Virus record (IMG/VR): IMGVR_UViG_3300017774_004409
Span: 1-39,665 of that record
Origin: a virus
Lineage: Duplodnaviria; Caudoviricetes
DNA: 39,665 bases
Reading direction: 5' to 3' (one strand)
A model generated the notes under the pieces. It did no database searches, was not told the DNA's origin, and worked only from the letters and a program-made list of their open reading frames with translations. Shown here in pieces: positions 8,330 through 17,900 of the stretch (positions are counted from its first letter, which is position 1; every line of letters begins with the position of its first letter). Made by a program: the position numbers and the translations under genes.

Positions 8330-10618
8330 ATGCAGAATAATCCTGAGATTGAAAAAATTGTCAACAATGCAGTGGCAATTGCAAAAGAATACAAACACAC
8401 ATATGTGTTGACTGAGCATGTGTTGTTGTCCATGATTCAATACCCACCGTTTCGTACTGTGCTGGAAAAATATGGCACGCCTGTTGCGCAGTTGGAAACA
8501 GAAGTCACTGCCTATATTGGTTCTCAACGCAGTCTGTTAACTGACAAAAAGGATTTTACTCCGCGCAAAACAAATGCACTTGAGCGCATGTTCAATCGTG
8601 CATTGACTCAGGTGCTGTTTACTGGTCGCAGAGCAATTTCCATGTTGGATTTGTATCTGGCCATGATGGCTGAAAACAATAGCCATGCACATTATTTCTT
8701 GTTGAAATACAATATTCAAAAAGTTGAATTTGCACAGTTCTTTCAAAAGAACTACACAGCAGGTGATCGTGCTGTGAGTCATGAAAGCGCAAATGAAATC
8801 CTTGACACACATTGTATCAACTTGAGTAGACGTGCAGCCGAAGGACAGTTGGAACCCATGATTGGCCGTGCTGGCGAACTGGAAGAAATGATCACTGTGT
8901 TGGCTCGCAAGTTCAAGGCCAATGTGCTGATGGTAGGTGATCCTGGTGTGGGCAAAACTGCCATCATTGATGGACTAGCACAGGAGATCAATGCTGGTCG
9001 TGTGCCAGAATTCCTAAAGGGTTCGGAAGTATGGGGATTAGAAATTGGCTCCTTGTTGGCAGGATCAAAATATCGCGGCGAGTTTGAAGAAAAATTCAAG
9101 GACGTTATCTCTGCACTGGAAACTAAAAAGAACTGCATCCTGTTCATCGACGAAGCACACACCATGATGGGTGCAGGAACTTCAGGATCCAGTAGTCTAG
9201 ACTTTGCCAACATGATTAAACCTGCTATCACCAAAGGCAATATCAAGGTAATTGCATCCACCACCTGGGAAGAATACTACGAAAGTTTCGAAAAAGATCG
9301 TGCGCTGATGCGGCGCTTCCACAGAGTCAACATTGGCGAGCCGGATGCAGAGACCACAGAACAGATCTTGATAGGCATTAGCCCACGACTAGAAACATTC
9401 CACAATGTGTTGATCGACACAGAAGCAATGACAGCCGCAGTAGAATTAAGCGGACGCTATGTTCATGATCGCAAAAATCCTGACAAGTCAATTGACCTGT
9501 TGGACGGTGCCTGTGCAGGCGAACGTGTGAAAGATCTGGGCACAGTCACAATCAACCGAGACATGATCATGGCACAGGTCAGTCGTGTCACAGGAGTTCC
9601 ACTGGATCGTCTGCAAAATGAGCGCAGTACCAAAGTCACTGAACTTGAAAGCAACATCAAACAGTTCTTGTACGGACAAGATGAAGCAATTGACACTGTG
9701 CTGGAACGCATTTACATCAACTTCTCTGGCATTGGCAATCCCAAAAAGCCAGTGGCCAGTTTCTTGTTCTTGGGACCAACCGGCACCGGCAAAACTGAGC
9801 TGGCCAAACTGTTGTCACAAAACTTGGACATGCACCTGTTGAAATATGACATGAGTGAGTTTCAAGAAAAACACAGCATTGCCAGTTTGATTGGTGCACC
9901 GCCTGGATACGTGGGCTTCGATGACGGCAACGTGGGCGGTGGCAAGTTGATCAGTGACGTCTCCAAGCATCCGTTTAGTATCCTGTTGTTTGACGAAATT
10001 GAAAAGGCACATCCTGACGTGGTCAACATTATGTTGCAGATGCTGGATGAAGCTCGGATCACCGGCAGCAGTGGCAAATCAGTTGACGTCAAGAACTGTA
10101 TCATTATCATGACCAGTAACCTGGGTGCTCGTGACAACGAAAACAACAACATTGGCTTTGGTCAGAGTTTGGAAAAGACCGGCGAAGAAGACCGTGCCAT
10201 GAAAGAGTTCTTCAAGCCAGAACTGCGCAATCGCATTGACAAGGTGTGCAAATTCAACAAGTTGGATAAGTTGGCCATCAAGAAAATTGTAGTCAAGTTT
10301 ACAGCAGAGTTGCAAGAAACACTGTTGAGCAAGAACATTCGTCTTACATTTGCTGAAGATGTCATAGACATGTTGGCAGACAAAGGTTACGATTCCAAGA
10401 TGGGTGCTCGTCCATTGGGCCGCAAGATTGACGAGCTGATTCGTGTTCCACTCAGCAAGCGTATTTTGTTTGATCAAATTGCTGACTGTGCAATTCATGC
10501 CAGTATGGTCGATGATGTGGTGGAATTCACAACCACATCATTATTGACTGTGCCTGTTCCAGTGGTCAACGGTGAAGGATATATTGTAATTGATCAATTT
10601 GCGCCCAACATTCAATGA
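8330..10618 (+). CDS. clpA: ATP-dependent Clp protease ATP-binding subunit, ClpA-like
   Basis: Clp-N domain, two AAA+ modules (GDPGVGKT/FIDEAH and GPTGTGKT/LFDEIEKAH), GAPPGYVGF, IGF loop, no ClpB middle domain. Confidence 0.9.
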   Translation: MQNNPEIEKIVNNAVAIAKEYKHTYVLTEHVLLSMIQYPPFRTVLEKYGTPVAQLETEVTAYIGSQRSLLTDKKDFTPRKTNALERMFNRALTQVLFTGRRAISMLDLYLAMMAENNSHAHYFLLKYNIQKVEFAQFFQKNYTAGDRAVSHESANEILDTHCINLSRRAAEGQLEPMIGRAGELEEMITVLARKFKANVLMVGDPGVGKTAIIDGLAQEINAGRVPEFLKGSEVWGLEIGSLLAGSKYRGEFEEKFKDVISALETKKNCILFIDEAHTMMGAGTSGSSSLDFANMIKPAITKGNIKVIASTTWEEYYESFEKDRALMRRFHRVNIGEPDAETTEQILIGISPRLETFHNVLIDTEAMTAAVELSGRYVHDRKNPDKSIDLLDGACAGERVKDLGTVTINRDMIMAQVSRVTGVPLDRLQNERSTKVTELESNIKQFLYGQDEAIDTVLERIYINFSGIGNPKKPVASFLFLGPTGTGKTELAKLLSQNLDMHLLKYDMSEFQEKHSIASLIGAPPGYVGFDDGNVGGGKLISDVSKHPFSILLFDEIEKAHPDVVNIMLQMLDEARITGSSGKSVDVKNCIIIMTSNLGARDNENNNIGFGQSLEKTGEEDRAMKEFFKPELRNRIDKVCKFNKLDKLAIKKIVVKFTAELQETLLSKNIRLTFAEDVIDMLADKGYDSKMGARPLGRKIDELIRVPLSKRILFDQIADCAIHASMVDDVVEFTTTSLLTVPVPVVNGEGYIVIDQFAPNIQ

Positions 10619-11264
10619 TGTCAGTAGGGATCGTTTGTTTTATGATCGATACCAATACTGCATGACCGGCAAACTGCGCGAAGCAGGTTGTTTGCGTAAA
10701 CTTGATCACACTTCGATTGATCATGTTATATCTGTACGTAGATCATGGGTAGATAGATCGCCCGACTACTATTCTTCAAACCGGGCCATCACAGACGACA
10801 TGGTTCAAAATTTGCACGCCATGTGTGACGTATTGAACAGTACTCAGCACCAATACAAATTGATAGTAGAGAACAATTATATTCGTGTGTACACCAACAA
10901 TTATCAATTGTTCAATGAAATTACTCGAGCGGTTCCTGCACTGCATTATGTAAATTACACTCAGGCAGTGATAGATCGTCCAAGAAATTCTATCAAGTTG
11001 AAAGAATCTACTTACACGCATCGAACTTATCTTCGGTCAGCGCGAATGTCTGACCAGCAAAAACGATCAATCAGCCAATTCTTAAAGAATCAAGATACAA
11101 TTAAACTAAGTCCGGGACTAAAAAACTGGACACTGTATTCCAATTGGCGTTCCGGAACCGAATCGTATTATTTTGTGGATCACAATGACACTGCTTGGAT
11201 GACCATGTTGAGTCTGATATACCCAAGCCTGATAAAAAATACAATTCAAATTATAAAAGCATAA
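10590..11264 (+). CDS. Hypothetical protein
   Basis: 224-aa ORF filling the gap after clpA. Start uncertain (TTG). Confidence 0.6.
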   Translation: MINLRPTFNDVSRDRLFYDRYQYCMTGKLREAGCLRKLDHTSIDHVISVRRSWVDRSPDYYSSNRAITDDMVQNLHAMCDVLNSTQHQYKLIVENNYIRVYTNNYQLFNEITRAVPALHYVNYTQAVIDRPRNSIKLKESTYTHRTYLRSARMSDQQKRSISQFLKNQDTIKLSPGLKNWTLYSNWRSGTESYYFVDHNDTAWMTMLSLIYPSLIKNTIQIIKA

Positions 11265-11274
11265 GTAATACACT

Positions 11275-11442
11275 ATGGCAAAAATACACGAAGAAGTAGT
11301 TGTGATCAAACTCTCAAAATTGATCAAGGAAAAAGACGGCTCTGAGCAGTATATCGCTACCAATGACATCTGCGATGCGCTTCAGGCCGTAGCTGAAGAG
11401 TTGGTCGGTGCTGGTGTAGTTGTCGAAATTGAACGAGCATGA
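11275..11442 (+). CDS. Small hypothetical protein (55 aa, not in ORF track)
   Basis: MAKIHEEVVVIKLSKLIKEK...VVVEIERA. Preceded by TAAGTA. Stop lies 1 nt before the next ATG. Confidence 0.65.
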   Translation: MAKIHEEVVVIKLSKLIKEKDGSEQYIATNDICDALQAVAEELVGAGVVVEIERA

Positions 11443-11443
11443 C

Positions 11444-11827
11444 ATGTCCAATACCACGTTGACCCTGTTGAGCAACTTGGAAACTGGTGTTCCCAATGGC
11501 AATTACGACGGCAGCACAGTGGACTTTGAAAGTGATGCTGTCAAAGCAGTGGGCTACTATCAAGGGCAAGGAAGTTTAGAAACTGTGTTTATCACTGTTG
11601 AAAACTTTCCTGGAAAAATAATTCTACAAGCAACACTAGATTTTGATCCTGCACAGGCCAACTGGTTTGATGTATTTGAATATGGTGATGGATCTACACC
11701 TGCAACTGACTTTAGATACCCTGTTAATTTGACTGGTAATTTTGCCTGGTTAAAAGCAGTGGTAACCAACTTTGAAGAATACGACAGCAACCCGGCTCGC
11801 ATCAACAGCATAACAGTTTCTTATTAA
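11444..11827 (+). CDS. Hypothetical protein (beta-rich, possibly structural)
   Basis: ATG 11444 immediately follows the upstream stop. Confidence 0.6.
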   Translation: MSNTTLTLLSNLETGVPNGNYDGSTVDFESDAVKAVGYYQGQGSLETVFITVENFPGKIILQATLDFDPAQANWFDVFEYGDGSTPATDFRYPVNLTGNFAWLKAVVTNFEEYDSNPARINSITVSY

Positions 11828-11835
11828 GGCATTTA

Positions 11836-12276
11836 ATGACTAAAATATTAGTTTCGTTCGACCTCACCTCCTCTGACTACACTGTGCCACTGGGCTTTGA
11901 AGTAATGCTCAACGATGTTGTGCTGTTTTCCGTTGACCATGTTGCAGAAGCAACTCCTGTAAGTTTAGAAATCAACAATGACGAGGACGAGAACAAACAC
12001 GAGTTTAAATTTGTTATGAAAAACAAAACTCAAGAACACACAGTGGTTGACGATGATGGTAATATTGTCACCAATGCAATGTTATCCATTGCCAACGTGG
12101 CATTTGACGAAATCAAATTGGGACATACATTTACCAAAAACGCTGTATATCATCACGATTTCAATGGCTCTCAAGACCCGGTCGAAGACAAGTTCTACGG
12201 CGATATGGGCTGTAACGGTCATGTAAGTTTGCAGTTCACAACACCCGTATACCTGTGGCTATTAGAAAATACATAA
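11836..12276 (+). CDS. Hypothetical protein
   Basis: 146-aa ORF, AAGG SD. Confidence 0.6.
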   Translation: MTKILVSFDLTSSDYTVPLGFEVMLNDVVLFSVDHVAEATPVSLEINNDEDENKHEFKFVMKNKTQEHTVVDDDGNIVTNAMLSIANVAFDEIKLGHTFTKNAVYHHDFNGSQDPVEDKFYGDMGCNGHVSLQFTTPVYLWLLENT

Positions 12277-12292
12277 GCATAAATATGCTATA

Positions 12293-13048
12293 ATGAATTA
12301 TCTAGTAATCTACCCCGGACGATTTCACCCGTTTCACAAAGGCCACCGAGCCAGTTATGAATGGCTGACCAAACAGTTCGGCAACGATGCAGTGTTTATT
12401 GCCACCAGTAGTGTGCAGGCACCAGTTACCAGTCCATTCAGCTACAGTGATAAAGTGATGATGATGACCAAACTGGACATTCCAGTGGGTCGCATTGCCA
12501 ATGTAAAAAACCCATATCAAGCTGTGGAAATTACCAACGGCGTGCCGGATGAATTGAAAAACAGCACAGCGTTAATTTTTGCAGTGAGTGAAAAAGATGT
12601 TGCACGTTTTAACTTTGCCCCCAAGAAAGACGGGTCGGCCGGCTACTTACAGCCACTTCCGGCCAACAAGAAATCAATCAAGCCCATGACCAAACACGGC
12701 TATGTTGTGGTCACCCCAACTGTGAATTTTAAAGTGAATGGTGTTGATGCCAACTCTGCTTCGGAAATAAGAAAAATGTATATCAAAGGTAATGACAACG
12801 ATCGAAACCAAGTGATTGCTGATTTATATGGTCAACCGGATCCAGCAATTCGCGCTGTGTTTGATAAGAAATTGGGCATTTCAGAACAGGCCCAAAACTA
12901 TATCAGGGAATCTCGCCAAACTGGCAACAAACAGGTTGTGGAATGGCTGCAAACTGTGTTACAATTAGAAAAACAAGCAACCAGTGTTGACACTGATTTT
13001 GCTCATATCAATCCAGATTATATCGACGAAAAAACATATAATCGATAA
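12293..13048 (+). CDS. Cytidylyltransferase-like (HxGH) nucleotidyltransferase
   Basis: IYPGRFHPFHKGH, SPFSYSDK and SASEIRK. Confidence 0.8.
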   Translation: MNYLVIYPGRFHPFHKGHRASYEWLTKQFGNDAVFIATSSVQAPVTSPFSYSDKVMMMTKLDIPVGRIANVKNPYQAVEITNGVPDELKNSTALIFAVSEKDVARFNFAPKKDGSAGYLQPLPANKKSIKPMTKHGYVVVTPTVNFKVNGVDANSASEIRKMYIKGNDNDRNQVIADLYGQPDPAIRAVFDKKLGISEQAQNYIRESRQTGNKQVVEWLQTVLQLEKQATSVDTDFAHINPDYIDEKTYNR

Positions 13049-13062
13049 CTTGCAGTACCATC

Positions 13063-13929
13063 ATGAAAATAGCACTAGCCAGTGACGTTCACCTGGAATT
13101 TGGTGATCTAGACATTGTAAACGACCAAGACGCACAGGTCCTGATCCTGTCAGGCGACATCTGTGTGGCTGCAGATCTGGACATGCGCGATCGTCGTCAA
13201 ACTGAAATGGGGTTTGCTCGCTATCGCTCAGAACGGTTTCATGACTTCTTTGAACGTTGCACTGCCAATTTCCCACATGTGATCTACGTGATGGGCAACC
13301 ACGAATACTACCACAGCGACTTTGCCACTGCCCTGAGTGAAATGCGCTGTAAATTGGCACACTTGCCCAACCTGTATATTCTTGAGCGTGAAGTCAAGAC
13401 AATTGATGATGTTACATTCATCGGTGGCACCTTGTGGACCGACATGAACAAACAAGATCTGTTGACCTTGTATCACATGCGAACCATGATGAATGACTTT
13501 CGTGTGATTCAAAATAGTGCAGTACCGGTTCACTTTAAAACCCAAGAAGGCGAGTTTAAAACTCGTGTGGCTAAGTTCTCACCCGAAGATGCTGTCACAG
13601 AGCATGTGAAGATGAAAGAATACATTCAAGTGGTTACTGCTTTTCTTGGTGAAAACCCCAACAAATATGTGGTGGTTGGACATCATGCGCCCAGTCGTCG
13701 TAGCACACATGAGATGTATGCACATGACACTGTGATGAACGGTGGGTACAGTTCAGATCTGGATCAGTTTATTGAGGATCGCCCACAGATTCGACTGTGG
13801 ACACACGGACACACTCACCATCCGTTTGACTATGTCATAGGCGAAACACGAATTGTGTGCAACCCACGCGGTTACATCAATTACGAACCTGCAGCCGGCA
13901 ATTTTAAACTGCTGACTGTGGAAATCTAA
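13063..13929 (+). CDS. Calcineurin-like metallophosphoesterase
   Basis: SDVH, GDI, GNHE, HHAP, HGHTH and NPRGY. Confidence 0.9.
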   Translation: MKIALASDVHLEFGDLDIVNDQDAQVLILSGDICVAADLDMRDRRQTEMGFARYRSERFHDFFERCTANFPHVIYVMGNHEYYHSDFATALSEMRCKLAHLPNLYILEREVKTIDDVTFIGGTLWTDMNKQDLLTLYHMRTMMNDFRVIQNSAVPVHFKTQEGEFKTRVAKFSPEDAVTEHVKMKEYIQVVTAFLGENPNKYVVVGHHAPSRRSTHEMYAHDTVMNGGYSSDLDQFIEDRPQIRLWTHGHTHHPFDYVIGETRIVCNPRGYINYEPAAGNFKLLTVEI

Positions 13930-13994
13930 TCTGGCAAAAAAATTACCACCAGAATAAAAGTCAGTAAATATTACACTAACTTTTTAAGGAAACT

Positions 13995-14903
13995 ATGGCT
14001 GACGAACAGAAAGTAACAGGCAAAATGCCTGATGTTGTGCCCACAACAATCACACCTACTACTCAACAACAGTTGAGTGGACAGCAACAAATACAAGTAA
14101 ACGTTGATTACTTAAAAACCACAAGAGTTCATATCTGTATGCCCTGTTATGGCGGCATGTTGACTGAATCTACATTCATGAGTTTTATCAAATGGAGCAA
14201 CACTGCACGTCAGTTAGGCATTGATTGGACCATGGAAACACTCACAAACGAAAGTTTGATCAGTCGTGCTCGCAACACCATGGTGGCCAAGTTCTTGGCC
14301 AATCCTGACAGCACACACTTGATGTTTATTGACGCTGACATTGGCTGGGAACCATGGCATCTGCTGGTGTTACTGAATCGCGATGTGGATGTGATTGGCG
14401 GCCTCTATCCAATGAAAAGCCTGCCAATCAAGTGGTGTGTCAACGGGTTTGATGGTGCTGAAGAAGGTGCTGATGGCCTGCAAGAAGTTAGTAAAACAGG
14501 AACAGGCTTCTTCTTGGTCAAACGTCATGTGTTTGACAAGATAAATGCACACCCTGCAACCAAGCCATTTATCAATGACATTGGCCTGCCAGTGGAACTC
14601 AATCCCTACATGAAAACCTACTTTGACACAGCAGTGCGTGAAAATCGCTACTACAGTGAAGACTGGACATTCTGTGAAAACTGGCGCGATCTAGGTGGTC
14701 GTATCTGGGTAGACAAGCGTGTGTTGTTGCGTCATACCGGCACATATACATTTGCTCACGAGTCACAGGAAAAGTTGATCACCGACGTGACTCCAATGGT
14801 TGAAGCAAGACAGGCTGCTGCCGCTGCACAAGCAGCCGCTGCTCAAGCACCAGTGGAAACCAAGGTGCTGGCATCAAGCAAAAAAGCCGACAAAAAGAAA
14901 TAA
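13995..14903 (+). CDS. GT-A fold glycosyltransferase-like protein
   Basis: ESLISRARN, FIDADIGW (DxD), GTGFFLVKR and SEDWTFC. Confidence 0.7.
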   Translation: MADEQKVTGKMPDVVPTTITPTTQQQLSGQQQIQVNVDYLKTTRVHICMPCYGGMLTESTFMSFIKWSNTARQLGIDWTMETLTNESLISRARNTMVAKFLANPDSTHLMFIDADIGWEPWHLLVLLNRDVDVIGGLYPMKSLPIKWCVNGFDGAEEGADGLQEVSKTGTGFFLVKRHVFDKINAHPATKPFINDIGLPVELNPYMKTYFDTAVRENRYYSEDWTFCENWRDLGGRIWVDKRVLLRHTGTYTFAHESQEKLITDVTPMVEARQAAAAAQAAAAQAPVETKVLASSKKADKKK

Positions 14904-14926
14904 ACTGCTAGTTTAATTCTCAATCC

Positions 14927-14953
14927 AAAAGCCACTTTAACCAGTGGCTTTTT
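14927..14953 (+). terminator. Rho-independent terminator
   Basis: AAAAGCCACT/AGTGGCTTTT stem, 6-nt loop, T tract. Confidence 0.7.
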
Positions 14954-14976
14954 CATTTGCGCTAAATATTACAATC

Positions 14977-17900
14977 ATGAATATTCTTGAACTAGATTCC
15001 TACAACCTTGGCGATGCTGTCAAATTCAACGACCAGTTGAATCCACGTATTTGGCAGGGCAATAAAATGCGTCCCGAAGTGCGAGCCAAGCTGTTGCAAA
15101 TTGCCGAAGACTTTAAACAGAGTCTGGGACTTACAGATTTAAACGTCAAAGACATTACCTTGTCTGGCAGCAACGCCGGCTATACCTATACACCGCATTC
15201 AGACATTGACCTGCACCTGGTGGTTGACTTGCCTGAAGCAGATGCCAGTGACGTGTATCGCGAACTGTTTGATGCTAAAAAGTTTCAGTACAACGAAACA
15301 CACAATATTAAAATCGGCGGTTATGATGTAGAACTCTACGTGGAAAACGCCAACAAAACAGCAGTCAGTCAGGGCATATTCAGTGTGGTCAATGATGACT
15401 GGATCAAAATTCCGCTGAAGAAACGTTCCACAATAAACGACAATGTAGTAAAGAACAAATATGATGTGATTAAAAATCACATTGAATCGGCCATTGAATC
15501 TGGCGATTTAGAACGCTTGACCAACACTGCTGCCAAGATTAAAAAAATGCGTCAGTCCGGACTTGATCAGAACGGCGAGTTGGGACCAGAAAATCTTGCA
15601 TACAAAATGCTGAGATCACAGGGTGTTATTAAAAAACTGTACGATGCAAGAACAGCGGCCAAAGATCACGAGCTGAGTCTACGTGAACGTACTATACAGG
15701 TCAAGAAGCCATTCAGATACGGATTCCGTGTTGCAGAAGATGTGAGTTCTAATCCCAGTGGAGTAAGTCCCGAAACAAAAATGTTCTTGAGTGAAAAGCC
15801 TGCACTGTCTCAGCAGGAAATAGTCACAGACTTTGTCAACCACTGCGTTGAACGGTTGGGCATAGAACAACTGCCCACAATAAAATTCAAACGCGACCCC
15901 GAGTGGAGTGCTCGCAACAAAACATTTGGACGTTACAATCACGAAACCAACCTTTTGGAAGTGAGTCTAGCCAGTCGACATGTGATGGACATACTGCGTA
16001 CAGTGGCACACGAACTCACACATCAACGACAGCATGAAGTGGGCAATGTGCCCGACACAGCTGGAGAAACTGGCAGTGCGTGGGAAAACGAAGCCAACGC
16101 CAAGGCCGGTGTGCTGATGCGTGAGTATGCACAACAGCATCCTGAATTCTTTGCAGATGAGTCGCTGGATGAAAGCTCTGGCTATATTCCCACAAAGAAA
16201 CAGGCCAACGATCCAAGATTCAAAATGGCCTTGACCAAGGATATACGTCCTGGTGCCACTGGCCGAGAAGCCAACAAAATGGCGTTGAACACTGACAGTC
16301 AAGGCCGGCCAGCACTGTTGATGAAGACTGCTAACCAAATGCATGAAGATCTTGCCAACGAATTTAGGTGGGAACTGGCCTTGATGGAAACAGAAATCCT
16401 GGGCGAAATCAACATGAGCACAGGCAGCCTGCGACAGGAAGCTGCCAAAACTGGGGCCATTGCCGGCATGGAATTTGAAATGATTGTGCCCAACACCGAA
16501 AACGATGATGACGGTGACTTGGAACCAGACTATGGCTTTGATCAACGTTGCCGTAGCATAGATGATGCTGTGCAGTTTTTCTATGACGGTGACTTCAACA
16601 GCCGTAACGAAATTGATCGCTTACGTGCAACAATGTCAAATGATTTTACGGAATGGTTGGATGAAAGAATCTATCGAGACTGGGAACGCGGCGGCGAAGA
16701 ATACCTGCAAGAATGGGTGCCCAACAACGTAGACGAATCTGAATGGAATCCCGAAGACTTAGAGGGCGAGGCTCGTCAGGAAGCCTTGGAAGAATATATT
16801 TCCAACCTGCATAACGATCCTGGCAGCAGCGATGCGTTTGATGAGTTCCGAGAAGAAAATCAAGACTCATATGACGAAAGTGACTGGCTGGATGACGAAG
16901 ATCTTGATCGCATGAGTGGTGTGGAAAATGCCTATGAGATTTCTTGGCCACACTGGAACACTGTGGGTGGTGGTGAGGCCAGCATCGAAGATGTGGCACA
17001 GGAGTTTGAAAATGCTATCGGTCGTGATACCAAGGCCAGTGGCAACTATCATTCGGGACGAGTACCACGTCCCGGACCTGATGCATTGCATTATATTGTG
17101 GAACCAGACGGCAGCTTGGAGGCCGACAACAATAGCGACACGGGTCTAGAGTTTGTGAGCCCGCCACTACCCATTGATGAAATACTCAGTGATTTAAACA
17201 AGGTCAAGGCCTGGGCCAAGGAATATGGCTGCTACACCAATGACTCAACTGGCCTGCACATCAATATTTCAGTGCCAGGCTACAGCAGAGAGAATCTAGA
17301 TTTTGTGAAGCTGGCACTGCTGATGGGTGACAAGTATGTGCTGGATCTATTTGGCCGAGCTGGCAACACCTATGCCAAGTCCGCTTTGGACATGGTCAAG
17401 GGCAAGGTGCGCAACGATCCAGATTCAGCTCAACAACTGCTGGAAAAAATGAAAGGCAACTTGGACAGCCTGGCTTCCAAGGCCATACACTCGGGTGTGA
17501 CCAGCAAGTACACATCAATCAACACCAAGGACGGGCACATTGAATTCCGCTCACCTGGTGGCGACTGGCTGGACCAAAACTTTGAGCAGATTGAAAACAC
17601 CCTGTTGCGATTCACAGTGGCCATGAGTGCTGCCTTGAATCCCGAGGCCTATCGAGAAGAATATCTCAAGAAGCTGTACAAGTTGTTGACCGAAGACAAC
17701 AAGGATGATTCTGATACCATAAGATATTTTTCTGAATATGTTGCCGGTAAGATTCCCAAGGCTGCCCTGCGTAGCTTTGTCAAGCAGGCACAGTTGACAC
17801 GACAGATCAAGCGCGGCACAACCGGCAATAAGAAAATGTGGTGGCGTGTGGGTCGTCCCGGCTACGGTGCCAGTGCAGAAGTTGTGGCCACTACCAAAGA

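Noticed and set aside
14812-14850. Ala/Gln low-complexity run (also MMMM at about 22007)
   Set aside because: Ordinary short low-complexity coding sequence with no sign of a phase-variable tract.
14944-14976. Upstream starts given by the ORF track (also 5050, 6523, 11420, 20720, 23032, 34691)
   Set aside because: They overlap terminators, promoters or upstream genes. The downstream ATGs have an SD, TAAATA or stop-start coupling.
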